Assembly (NCBI GenBank): GCA_963719225.1
Contig: CAVRAY010000001.1
Span: 3,136,001-3,200,000, forward strand
Length of the DNA: 64,000 nucleotides
Reading direction: 5' to 3'
From: Thermoanaerobaculia bacterium
GTDB taxonomy: Bacteria; Acidobacteriota; Thermoanaerobaculia; UBA5066
Shown: positions 9,801 to 18,747 of the stretch, piece by piece
How the letters are laid out: the number at the start of each line of letters is the position of its first letter
Numbering within the stretch: the stretch's first letter is position 1
The notes under the pieces: model-generated
The model's database searches: none
The model's input: only the letters and a program-made list of their open reading frames with translations
What the model was told of the DNA's origin: nothing
Program-made: the position numbers and the translations under genes

Positions 9801-11252
9801 TTCACGCAGATGATGATTCCCTACGGGAACGGAGTCGTCTCGCTCGCCGAGAGGCAGACGAACGCGCTCGCCCGCGACGACGCGAAGAACGAAGTCAAGG
9901 CGCTGTCCCAGGGCGAGATCGAGTACCTTCAGCGCTTCCTCGACGCCACGGGGGCTCCGGTGAGGTCGGGAGGCGGCGGATTCTCGATCCCGTCATCCGC
10001 GCTGACCGCCCGCGCCTGGCGCAACTTCCAGATCGCCGTCGGGACGTGGAGTCCGGGCGGAGGAGGAGGCGGGGGCGGCGCGCCCGACCAGGCCGGACAG
10101 CTGACGCTCGCCGATCTGCAGGGCTTCGTCCAGACGAACGCGAACCTCAACCCCATCATCGGTTATTACAAGAGCCGCTTCGAGGCGCGCGTTTCGGCGA
10201 AGCCGGCCGTGATTCCCGACTACCTCCTCGCCGCCGCCGAGACCTTCAAGAAAACCGTCGGCGCTCTCGGCGACAAGGACGAGCTGAGGTCGTGGAAACA
10301 GCTCGCGACGGGAGGCGAAGGAGCGACCCTCAGGGGATGGCACGCGTTCACGGGCGACCTCAGGATCCGAGGAGGCCGGTACGGCCGGTCGCTGAAGAGC
10401 CTCGAGGACCGGGGCGCCAACCTGATCAAGACGGCGATCGAGCCGCAGTTCAATCCCAAGTGGGACGCCCTTTACCAGAGGCTCGCGTCCTGCTGCTCCG
10501 GACAGTTCCCCTTCATCACGGAGAGCCGCCTGAAGCAGCAGCGTGCGGAGTACGCGGCCGAGGTCGTTTCGGGCGGCCTGTCGCTCCGCCGCAACCTCCC
10601 CACGATCGGGCAGGCCGACGTCCTCGGTGTTCTCACGGAAGTCGGCATCCTCTCCGACGAATACGCCGTCGACCCGCTCCTCACCGGCGGCGAGCCGTCC
10701 TTCGACTTCATCCTCCAGAACCGGGGCTCCCTGGCGGTGGCCCGGGGCTGGCAGCGCTTCATCGCCGGCGCCAGCGCTGCCTCCTCTGCCTCCCTTGCCG
10801 GCAAGCCGGGAGGACCCGGCGGGCGCGAAATCAGCGTCCTCGCCCTCGACCGCGAACCCGGCCCGGGACGCCGTTCGTTGAAAGACCGCGTTTCGCAGAT
10901 CACGCTCTTCGACCGGGGGGTGATCCTGCGGCCATCGACGGACATCAAGTCGCAGCGGATCCCGCCGCCTTTCGTCTGGCGGCTCAGCTCCGCCGATGCC
11001 CTTCTCACGATCAGCGGCCGCAACGAGCAGACCGGCGAAGGGGGATGGACGAGCACCTACGAGGTGAGCGGCGGACCCCTGAAGCTCTTCTACTTCATCC
11101 GTCTCGCGAGCGAGAGGCGAACCGACCTGTCGGACCCCAAGGTATGGACGATTCGCGTCCAGATCCCGGATGGGAAGAACCCGCGGGAGCTTCTCGAAGG
11201 GGCTTTCGAGGTCCGCCTCGACGAGCCGATGCCTCCCATGCTCCCGAACTGA
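6867..11252 (+). CDS. tssM: T6SS membrane subunit TssM (IcmF)
   Basis: Two N-terminal TM helices, LPWYLLIGEPQSGKST Walker A, CDWWFANEAVILDTAGR, PINGVLV, TKADRALGFSEFF, FRGFYISSG, third TM; 1461 aa. Confidence 0.95.
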   Translation: MQEFLQLLQGLPRPLKYLGAAILFIPLGYFLINLLGLQKYWWLFLLGLLLIVVAIIVFEQIRKGREKQKGAAFEGELRKDSQSGGASREEVREALKDLSAKWLEAVQNLKAAGLDIYSLPWYLLIGEPQSGKSTTLKNSGLEFPVGGDALSGAGGTRNCDWWFANEAVILDTAGRFTFQEEAAPDASEWSSFLKLLRKHRPYCPINGVLVVIPATSLLEDTPEEQDKKAQNVRAKLIHIQRLLDIRFPIFFLITKADRALGFSEFFTKLDPVEQRQLFGWSNPAGPEKPYEPNVVDAAWDQIVTRVHKLRLKFLSGEENAANADRFIVFPEELRALKEPVRRYLDGILTQSRYDEPFVFRGFYISSGVQQGKPIAQATRDLLKGPSGTQGDIIESLENIFKKSRAFFIKDFYEKKVFPEQGLVVRTRAAAEREKKTTLVFRILTWAILPLIILTMIPAFLSLRRILNPIRTHAAQAQACMKQPCSIAQKYELTRLLYEDRVGLGRHPFLLGLFLRGAKSNEIHTLLATVQQKLFFDGVVRPLLKESEARMAALNWETFSDYSAFFGALQSFLSWRGFDQSLKKADGTDAFRAEDLRLLGLVNFAQKTKGITGSEYAAEIDEWAAQITPADPRPDQFVTQLARGRTAGDLKVAVPDPSRPIDTFERYWTVANLARWDWKLMKGLEEWVRLYTSLTGIVDPQQASYLKRAADTGKQFKANYEALSKHLETPRPGERGFPGANVEQWQRYLTESYAHLLTFGPPAASAPAAPATAATAPATTAGSVAPPPLPALPPPSLPGGTIAATFHPAAQTRVNTSKLQELIGRLQVDSANLGAQKSGFAFLLDETSIPGKTKLANPTVLVSGLLSDVAGYADLEAFRATDDGKILTQVNTISSLDGKKQKLEEWQKRQEDSKNAAVAKAPDFERANPDPRFRAGEVVPFARRTAELALLARVLPPVQEFLTASIGSSCNPAICFQKPFTQMMIPYGNGVVSLAERQTNALARDDAKNEVKALSQGEIEYLQRFLDATGAPVRSGGGGFSIPSSALTARAWRNFQIAVGTWSPGGGGGGGGAPDQAGQLTLADLQGFVQTNANLNPIIGYYKSRFEARVSAKPAVIPDYLLAAAETFKKTVGALGDKDELRSWKQLATGGEGATLRGWHAFTGDLRIRGGRYGRSLKSLEDRGANLIKTAIEPQFNPKWDALYQRLASCCSGQFPFITESRLKQQRAEYAAEVVSGGLSLRRNLPTIGQADVLGVLTEVGILSDEYAVDPLLTGGEPSFDFILQNRGSLAVARGWQRFIAGASAASSASLAGKPGGPGGREISVLALDREPGPGRRSLKDRVSQITLFDRGVILRPSTDIKSQRIPPPFVWRLSSADALLTISGRNEQTGEGGWTSTYEVSGGPLKLFYFIRLASERRTDLSDPKVWTIRVQIPDGKNPRELLEGAFEVRLDEPMPPMLPN

Positions 11253-11271
11253 AGGTTCCCGAGAGCGTCCC

Positions 11272-12693
11272 GTGGGCTTCCTGTCCCGATTTCGCAAACC
11301 CTCGGCGGACGATCCCCCCGCGATGGAGTCCTGGCCTCTCTTCGCGTTCGGAAAGCTTCCCGTCTACAAGGACTTCATCTCGGCGGGACTCACCGACGAC
11401 GTCTCGCGCGAATTCCGCGACTGGCTGTCCAACGGATTCAGCCGCCACTGGTCGTCCCGCGACGACTGCCGTTCCGAGCAGATTCCCCTTCACGCCTTCC
11501 TGCTCCGCCTGCCTCAGAGCCGCAAGCTGGCCGTCGGCGCGCTCTGGGGAAGCACGGATCAGGGAGGTCTCAGGAAGTTTCCGTTCGCCCTCTTCACGAT
11601 CCTGCCAGCCGGGAAGCCCGCGGCGTCCGTGCTGGCGGCCCTCGACTATCTGCCCGTCTTCGAAAACCGCGCCCGGGAGATCCGTCGGAAGTACGACGCG
11701 GGAGGCTCGCTCGCGGCGGTCTATCAGGAGCTGCGCGGAGCCTCGATCCAGATTCCCGTCCGGAAAGACGAGCAGATCCGCGCGCGCCTCGCGGAGGCGC
11801 TCGGGCGCGCACGCGTCGGAGATCTCGCGACGGCCCTCTTCGGTGAAGACGCGGAAGCACGGTGGGCCGCCCTGCTTAACGGTCTCGATGCGGCGGCGCG
11901 AAGTCCGACGGCCGGGGCCGCGGCATTCCGCTTCCCGCTTGCCGACGAAACCGCCCCCCTCCATCAACTGCAGCTCTGGACGGTCAGGCTGATGAAGGGC
12001 TCGCCCGCCGGAGCAGCTCCGACCGGCGTGCTCTATCGGATCGGAGGCGACGTGCCGAGCGGCGTGATCTTCTTCCGCGACGCGAGAGCGGAGGACATCC
12101 TCCTCTTTCACCCGGCCGCGATTCCGACCGATTTCGTCGAGGAGATCCCGAAATCCACCGCGCCACTCACGGTGATTCCGCCGGCGGTCGAGGAGATTCT
12201 CCGGCTCGGAGCGGCCGCCGGGACCGAAACCGCCGACGCCCGGCCGGCTCCCGTTCCCGCAGCGGCCACGCGGGATGCCATTCCCGAGGCGCCGGCCGTT
12301 CTGGAAAATGCAGCCGCGCCGGAGGCGCCCGCAGTCCAGGCGACTCCGGTCGCTCCCGAGCCGCCCGCCGCTCCGGAACCTCCTGCGACCCCGGAACCGT
12401 CCGCCGCTCCCGAACCATCTTCGACTCCGGAACCGTCTGCGGCTCCGCAACCGCCCACGCCTCCTGAACCCGCACCCTTTCCGGAGCCATCCGTCGCTCC
12501 CGAGCCGCCCGCCGCTCCCGAACCGGCGCCCGCTCCCGAACCGCCGGCCGCTCCGATCGCCGCCGATTCCACCGCCGAAGCGCTTCCGCCCTCGCCATCG
12601 ACGCCCCCCGCCGAACCACCGCCGATCGCCATCACTCGGCCCGCGACCGCGGGCTGGGATTCGCCGCTCGCCACGCTACTCGAGAGCGGCTGA
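11272..12693 (+). CDS. tagF: TagF-like T6SS regulator with long Pro-rich C-terminal tail
   Basis: FGKLPVYKDF and STDQGGLRKFPF match TagF (FGKLPxxGDF; SxDxxGRxFP); follows tssM. Start approximate (GTG 11272). Confidence 0.8.
   Translation: MGFLSRFRKPSADDPPAMESWPLFAFGKLPVYKDFISAGLTDDVSREFRDWLSNGFSRHWSSRDDCRSEQIPLHAFLLRLPQSRKLAVGALWGSTDQGGLRKFPFALFTILPAGKPAASVLAALDYLPVFENRAREIRRKYDAGGSLAAVYQELRGASIQIPVRKDEQIRARLAEALGRARVGDLATALFGEDAEARWAALLNGLDAAARSPTAGAAAFRFPLADETAPLHQLQLWTVRLMKGSPAGAAPTGVLYRIGGDVPSGVIFFRDARAEDILLFHPAAIPTDFVEEIPKSTAPLTVIPPAVEEILRLGAAAGTETADARPAPVPAAATRDAIPEAPAVLENAAAPEAPAVQATPVAPEPPAAPEPPATPEPSAAPEPSSTPEPSAAPQPPTPPEPAPFPEPSVAPEPPAAPEPAPAPEPPAAPIAADSTAEALPPSPSTPPAEPPPIAITRPATAGWDSPLATLLESG
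12352..12549 (+). repeat. About 11 tandem 18-bp units encoding (A/T/P)PEPxx hexapeptides within tagF
   Basis: APEPPA APEPPA TPEPSA APEPSS TPEPSA APQPPT PPEPAP FPEPSV APEPPA APEPAP APEPPA. Confidence 0.85.
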
Positions 12694-12801
12694 ACCCGCT
12701 CCTCGTCCACCCGGGGGCGGGGAAATCCACCGCAACTTCCGTCCTCTTGACCCACGGCATATGATTCGCACTCTCGACGAAAGGGGTGAAAGGAAAAAGC
12801 C

Positions 12802-13287
12802 ATGGCACTCGTCGACATGTTCCTGAAGCTGGACGGCGTGGACGGCGAGAGCCCGGATCCCGAGCACAAGAGCGAAATCCAGATCGCCGGCTTTCGCCTG
12901 AGCGCGTTGAGCCCTCGCGACGCCTTCACGAACCAGGCCACCGGCAAGGTCCGGATGTCGCACTTGACGATCAAAGCGAAGATCGACAAGTCGACTCCGA
13001 AGCTCTTCACGAAGATCAAGGCAAACGAAAAGATCCCGACCGCGACCTTGTCGTGCCGCAAGGCGGGCAAGGAGCAGTTCGAGTACTTCAAGATCACGCT
13101 CACGGAGGTCCTCGTCGTGAAGGTCGAGGCGGGCGACCTCGGCGAGGGCGGCGGCGACGACGTGATTCCGACGTGCGAGTTCGACCTCGCATACGGACAG
13201 ATCGAGATGAAGGCGATGGAGCAGACGTCGCGTGGTCCGACGTCGGGGCCCGTGGTGTTCAACTTCAACCTGATGTCGAACGCGTGA
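12802..13287 (+). CDS. hcp: T6SS tube protein Hcp (divergent copy 1)
   Basis: MFLKLDGVDGES...HKSEIQI, IDKSTPKL, RKAGKEQFEYFKITLTEV; RBS GAAAGGA upstream. Confidence 0.92.
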   Translation: MALVDMFLKLDGVDGESPDPEHKSEIQIAGFRLSALSPRDAFTNQATGKVRMSHLTIKAKIDKSTPKLFTKIKANEKIPTATLSCRKAGKEQFEYFKITLTEVLVVKVEAGDLGEGGGDDVIPTCEFDLAYGQIEMKAMEQTSRGPTSGPVVFNFNLMSNA

Positions 13288-13490
13288 GAGATTCTGTGAC
13301 GTGCCTCCACGCGCAGCACGATCGTTGCGAATCCTTGATGATAGACGTCACGCGTCTGTCGGAGCGAGGTTGAATTTCGCCATGCGCGACCTATGTTTGC
13401 TACCGAGAACGAGCCGCGATCGGGACGTTGTCAACGGGATCACGAAAAAGAGCACGACATCCACCGCACCCGGATGAAAGGAGCAGCCAA

Positions 13491-13979
13491 ATGGCATTAG
13501 TCGACTATTTTCTGAAACTCAACGGAATCGACGGCGAGAGCAAGGACGAAAAACACAAGAACGAGATCGAGCTCGAATCCTGGTCGTGGGGCGAGGCCAA
13601 CACGAGCACCGGCCACTCGGGAGGCGGACACGGGGCCGGGAAGGTCAACGGCCAGGACTTTCACTTCGTGATGAAGGTCAACAAAGCCTCGCCGAAGCTG
13701 ATGCTCGCGTGCGCCGACGGGCACCACATCCCCGACGCCACTTTGGTGGCCCGCAAGGCGGGAAAGGGCCAGCACGACTTCCTGAAATACAAGTTCACCG
13801 ACGTCTTCGTCTCCAGCTTCCAGACGGGAGGCTCGGGACACGGCGACATCCTCCCGGTCGACCAGATCTCGATGGGCTACGCCAAGATGGAGGTGGAGTA
13901 CAAGGAGCAGAATCAGGACGGTTCTCTCGGCGGCTCGACCAAGGCGGGCTACAACTTCCAGACGAACAAGGCGCTCTGA
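13491..13979 (+). CDS. hcp: T6SS tube protein Hcp (canonical copy 2)
   Basis: YFLKLNGIDGESKDEKHKNEIELESWSWG, NKASPKLMLACADG, EYKEQNQDGS; RBS AAAGGAG. Confidence 0.96.
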   Translation: MALVDYFLKLNGIDGESKDEKHKNEIELESWSWGEANTSTGHSGGGHGAGKVNGQDFHFVMKVNKASPKLMLACADGHHIPDATLVARKAGKGQHDFLKYKFTDVFVSSFQTGGSGHGDILPVDQISMGYAKMEVEYKEQNQDGSLGGSTKAGYNFQTNKAL

Positions 13980-14010
13980 GCTTCCTCGAACCGCTCTCGC
14001 CCACATCCGC

Positions 14011-14047
14011 GAAGACCCTCGCCGTCCGGCGAGGGTCTTCTTCTTTT
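14011..14047 (+). terminator. Rho-independent terminator after hcp2
   Basis: 13-bp perfect stem GAAGACCCTCGCC-gtcc-GGCGAGGGTCTTC followed by TTCTTTT; lies between convergent hcp and tagJ. Confidence 0.88.
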
Positions 14048-14051
14048 GCGC

Positions 14052-14864
14052 TCAGCTGACGGCGGCGGGGGGCGACGGGAGGAACTCGACCTGCCGGGCC
14101 TCGAACAGCGCCACGTCGTCTTCGTCCGTCTGGAACGTCTTGAGCCCAGCGCCACGGGACAGGTCGTCCGACAGCGCGATCCAGGAGGTCATCCTCCCGA
14201 GCCGAAGCTGGTCGTCCGCATTCCGGCACGTCCCTTCGTAGAGGGCCGGCAGGTAAACGTCGCCGACCGTGCCGTCCAGGGCTTCCACCTTCGCGCGCGC
14301 CCAGACGAGGTCCCGGAGCTTCGACGGCGGGGTGACCTCCATGCGGCGGATCTGCTCGAACGGGAGCCACGCGTACTTGTCCTTGACGATGAGCTCCAGG
14401 ACGGGCCCGATCACGTCGTCCGAGTCGCGAAAATCGCCGAAAGGCCTGCCGTTCAGAGTGCCGGACAGCGCCGGGCGCTCCTCTTCGGCCCGGTCGAGGA
14501 GCTCCCGGGCCTCGGCGAAGCTCCCTTCGCGGATCCGGTTGATCGCCTCCAGGTGCCGGTCGACGTAGGGCGGCGGCTCGTTCAGGAAGTGGGGATGGAG
14601 GCCCTCCGAGAAGAGGCGCTGCCGCAGCCGCTCGGCCTGGATGTTCGACTGGTAGACGAGGACGGCGAGCGCCTCGTTCGGGCCCGCCTGCCCGAGGACC
14701 TCGATCTGCTTCTGCGCCCGATCCCATTCGCCGGCGAACGAGAGGAGCTCGAACAGGAAAATGCGCGCCGGGGCGTCCGCCGGGTTCGCGCGGACCTCGG
14801 CGGTGAGGGCCTGGATCGCCGCCTGGAGTTGACCGGCCTGATAGAGTTCGCGTGGTGTCGGCAT
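14052..14864 (-). CDS. tagJ: TagJ / ImpE (SciE) T6SS accessory protein
   Basis: LYQAGQLQAAI...VRANPADAPARIFLFELLSFAGEWDRAQKQ; RDSDDVIGPVLE; PSKLRDLVW; LRLGRMT. Confidence 0.92.
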   Translation of the reverse strand: MPTPRELYQAGQLQAAIQALTAEVRANPADAPARIFLFELLSFAGEWDRAQKQIEVLGQAGPNEALAVLVYQSNIQAERLRQRLFSEGLHPHFLNEPPPYVDRHLEAINRIREGSFAEARELLDRAEEERPALSGTLNGRPFGDFRDSDDVIGPVLELIVKDKYAWLPFEQIRRMEVTPPSKLRDLVWARAKVEALDGTVGDVYLPALYEGTCRNADDQLRLGRMTSWIALSDDLSRGAGLKTFQTDEDDVALFEARQVEFLPSPPAAVS

Positions 14865-14986
14865 GGTCTCTCCTCGCTTCTCGACGAGCTCTTGACCGCG
14901 GTCCGCGCCGTCAGTATTCTCCCCGCATTCTAACTGTTGGCCGCCGAATGGCATAAGCGTCTTTCTAACCGGAGGAAATCGTCGCG

Positions 14987-16098
14987 ATGCCGTCAGCTCC
15001 CGTTTTCAACCTGGACGCCCTGCTCGCGCCGATCCCGGGAGAAAACCCGAGCGGCGAGAACCTCCAGTACTCGGGGCTCCACGACGAGATTCGCGAAGCG
15101 CGCCGCGCCGACGACGACGTCCCGCAGGGCGACTGGGTTCACGAGCTGAAAGTCGCCGACTGGGAAAAAGTCGCCGAGCTCGCCGGCGAGAGTCTCGCCG
15201 GGAAGACGAAGGACCTCCAGATCGTGGCCTGGCTTTCGGAAGCCGCCGTGAGCATGAACGGATTCCCGGGCCTGAGAGATTCGCTGAAGCTCGCAAACGG
15301 GTTCCTCGTGAACTTCTGGGACACGCTGTATCCCGAGATCGACGAAGGGAACGACCTCGAAGCGCGCGCGAACGCCCTCGCGTGGATGGACCGCCAGGCC
15401 GCGGACGCGGCCCGGAAGATCGTGCTCACGAAGCGCTCCGGCACGAACTACAGCTTCTTCCAGTGGGAGGATGCGCTGCAGTACGACTTTCCGGCCGACA
15501 CCTCGAAGCTCTCGGGCGAGGCGCTCCAGCAGCTCGAGGAGAAGCGCGCACGCGCCCAGATGGAAGGAAAGGTCACCGGCGAGGAGATCCGGAAAGCCAA
15601 GAGCGAGACGCGACGCGCCTTCTACGAAGAGCTCTACGCGGACGTGGCCGACAGCACGGCGGCCCTGAAAGCGCTCGACAAGGAGATGGACGCCCGCTTT
15701 GCGCGCCAGACTCCGGGGCTCGGCAGCCTCGCGAAGGCTCTCGAGGCGATCCGGACCCTGCTCGAAAAGGTCGTCAAGGAAAAGAGGATCGAGGAGCCGG
15801 ACCCGTCCGACGCGGCCGAGGGAGCCGAGGGCGAAGCGTCGGGAGCCGCCGCCGGCGGGCCCGGCGGGGCCATTCGGGCCCGGGACCAGGCCCTCGCCCA
15901 GCTCGCGCAGGTCGCGGACTACTTCCGGAGGACCGAGCCGCACAGCCCGGTCTCGTATCTCGTCCAGCGCGCCATCACGTGGGGGCAGATGCCGCTGGAC
16001 GCCTGGCTTGGAGATGTGATCAAGGACGCAACGTTCTCGACGGTCTGCGCGAAACTCTCGGCCTCAAGGGCGGCGAGTCCGGCAGCACGGGAGCCTGA
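14987..16098 (+). CDS. tssA: TssA (ImpA N-terminal domain); frameshift near 16030
   Basis: LLAPIPGENPSGENL, KTKDLQIVAWL, FWDTLYPE, YFRRTEPHSPVSYLVQRAITWGQMPL; C-terminus VLDGLRETLGLK...* continues in another frame to TGA 16098. Confidence 0.9.
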
Positions 16099-16109
16099 GG
16101 GAGGGGACC

Positions 16110-16650
16110 ATGCCGAAGAAAGAGAGTATCCAGCAGAAACTCAAGAGGGTCCGGCCTCCCCGCGTTCAGATCACGTATGACGTGGAGATCGGCGGGGCCA
16201 TCGAGATGAAGGAGCTGCCGTTCGTCGTCGGAGTCCTCGGCGACTTCTCCGGCCAGCCCGCCGAGCAGCTCCCGAGGCTGAAGGACCGGAAGCTGGTCGA
16301 GATCGACCGCGACAACTTCGACCAGGTGCTCGCGGCGCAGGCGCCGCGCCTGGCCCTTCGCGTCGACAACAAGCTGTCCGACGACGGCAGCAAGATGAAC
16401 GTCGAGCTGAGGTTCAACAACATCGACGGATTTCGAGCCCGAGCAGGTAGTCCAGCAGGTCGAGCCGCTCCGCAAGCTCGTCGAGGCGCGCCAGAGGCTC
16501 CGTGACATCCTCTCCAAGACCGACGGCAACGACAAGCTGGAAGCCATGCTGCACGGATCGTCCTCAAGAACCCGAACGCGCAGAAGCAGCTCGGCAAGCA
16601 GCTCGGCGTCGTGACGGACGAGGAAGGCAAGAAGGAAGAGGACCCCATGA
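16110..16650 (+). CDS. tssB: Sheath small subunit TssB (VipA); frameshifts near 16430 and 16555
   Basis: [47 protein letters not shown]; [23 protein letters not shown] in a shifted frame. End approximate. Confidence 0.9.
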
Positions 16651-18153
16651 GTAAGAACCCCGAGAAAAAGGCCGAGTCGATCGTCCGAGAAGAGCAGGAG
16701 GCGGGACCTTCTCGACCAGATCCTCGAGAGGGGCGGCTGGCCCGCGACGAGGACCAGGTCGACCACGCCAAGGACATGATCGGCGAGTTCGTCCAGCAGG
16801 TCATGCAGGGACGAGGTCGTCGTGTCTCGAAGGACCCCGAGGCGATGATCAACGCGCGCATCGCGGCAGATCGACCGGCTGCTCTCGGCGCAGCTCAACG
16901 AGATCATGCACCACGCCGGACTTCCAGAAGCTCGAAGGCTCCTGGCGGGGCCTGCACTACCTCGTGCACGCAGACCGAGACCGGCACGATGCTCAAGATC
17001 CGGGTGCTGAACGTCTCCAAGAAGGACCTGCTCAAGGACCTCGAGCGGGCCGCCGAGTTCGACCAGACCGCGCTCTTCAAGAAGGTCTACGAGGAGGAGT
17101 ACGGCACGTTCGGCGGCGCGCCCGTTCGGCGCGCTGGTCGGCGACTACGAGTTCGGCAACCACCCGCAGGACATGGCGCTGCTCGAGAAGATCTCCAACG
17201 TCGCGGCCGCGGCGCACGCGCCGTTCATCTCCGCGGCCTCGCCCGAGCTGTTCGGCTGGGACAGCTTCACCGAGCTGGCCGAGGCCGCGCGACCTGGCCA
17301 AGATCTTCGAGACCGGACCGAGTACGCCAAGTGGCGGTCGTTCCGCGAGTCGGAGGACTCGCGCTACGTCGGCCTCATGCCTGCCGCACATCCTGATGCG
17401 GCTCCCTACGGCAAGGACACCGTCCCGGTCGAGGCGTTCAACTTCGAGGAGGACGTGGACGGCAAGCGACCACAAGAAGTACCTCTGGGGCAACGCCGCG
17501 TACGCCTTCGGGACGCGGCTGACCGAGGCGTTCGCGCAAGTACCACTGGTGCGCCGCGATCCGCGGCGTCGAGGGGGGCGGGCTGGTCCAGGGCCTGCCG
17601 GCGCACACGTTCCAGACCGACGAGGGCGACGTCGCGCTGAAGTGCCCGACCGAGATCGCGATCACCGACCGCCGCGAGAAGGAGCTCTCCGACCTCGGGT
17701 TCATCCCGCTGGTCCACTGCAAGAACACCGACTACGCGGCGTTCTTCGGCGCCCAGTCGGCGCCAGAAGGCGAAGATGTACGACACCGACTCCGCCAACG
17801 CCAACGCGCGGCTGTCGACGCAGCTCCCGTACATCTTCGCCGTCTCGCGGTTCGCCCACTACCTCAAGGCGATGATGCGCGACAAGATCGGCAGCTTCAT
17901 GTCGCCGCGCCGACTGCGAGCGGTTCCTGAACACGTGGATCTCGAACTACGTGACCCCGGACGACACCGCCTCGCCCGCAGGTCAAGGCGCAGTACCCGC
18001 TTCGCGAGGCGCGGATCGAGGTCGTGGAGTCGCCGGCAAGCCCGGCGTGCTACAGGGCGGTGGCGTTCCTGCGGCCGCACTTCCAGCTCGACGAGCTCCG
18101 GTCTCGCTGCGGCTGGTGGCCGAGCTGCCCAAGCCTCCGACGGAGGGGCGTAG
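16647..18153 (+). CDS. tssC: Sheath large subunit TssC (VipB); many single-base frameshifts
   Basis: Fragments across frames: [109 protein letters not shown]. Confidence 0.92.
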
Positions 18154-18251
18154 AGGGAAGCGCGGGAGGCGAAGGGTCGAGAGGACGCCCTCTGCGCTAA
18201 TCAGTCGGAGCCGGCCTGCGGCGACCCGGCCGCCCGGCCGCGCGAAGCGGC

Positions 18252-18747
18252 ATGCCGAGCGCATGTCCGATCGACAAGGAGATCCGGATCAACCTGTCGG
18301 TCCTCGACCGGCTGCTCGACTATCGGCCGGAGGTGAAGCCCGAGCCTCCCGCTTCGCGCGCAGAAGAGCCCTTCGCCAGGTGAAGCAGGCCGTCAAGCGG
18401 GACCTCGAATGGCTCCTCAACACGCGGCGGGTGCTCGAGGTGCCCGAACGAGCTGCCGCTCCTCGGCGACTCCATCGCTCGCGTACGGCCTTCCGGATTT
18501 CTCCAACGTCAGCGTGAAGAGCGCGGGGGACCAGGACGAGCTCTCGATGGCGCTCGAGACCGCGCTCAAGCGGTTCGAGCCGCGCCTCGAGGACGTCATG
18601 GTCACCGTCGCCAACGCGTCGGTGCTCGAACGCGCCTACCGGTTCAGGATCGAGGCGCGGCTGCGAGTCGATCCGGTTCCGGAGCCGATCTCCTTCGACA
18701 CGACCCTTCAGCTCGGGAGCGGCAACTTCGCGGTCAAGGGCGACTGA
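18252..18747 (+). CDS. tssE: Baseplate TssE (gp25-like); frameshifted
   Basis: SVLDRLLD, VKRDLEWLLNTR, YGLPDFS, ALKRFEPRL, FRIEARLRVDPVPEPISFDT. Start approximate. Confidence 0.88.

Noticed and set aside
6989-11992. 1667-aa ORF and similar long alternative-frame or antisense ORFs (30117-33185, 41706-44474, 48090-51617, 53430-55880)
   Set aside because: Shadow ORFs typical of high-GC DNA, overlapping well-supported genes and lacking motifs.
12352-12549. CRISPR-like array
   Set aside because: Degenerate 18-bp coding repeats without spacers; no cas genes.
16611-16650. Apparent in-frame fusion of canonical tssB and tssC
   Set aside because: It lies in the indel-rich zone, and an RBS-like GAGG before ATG 16647 supports separate genes.
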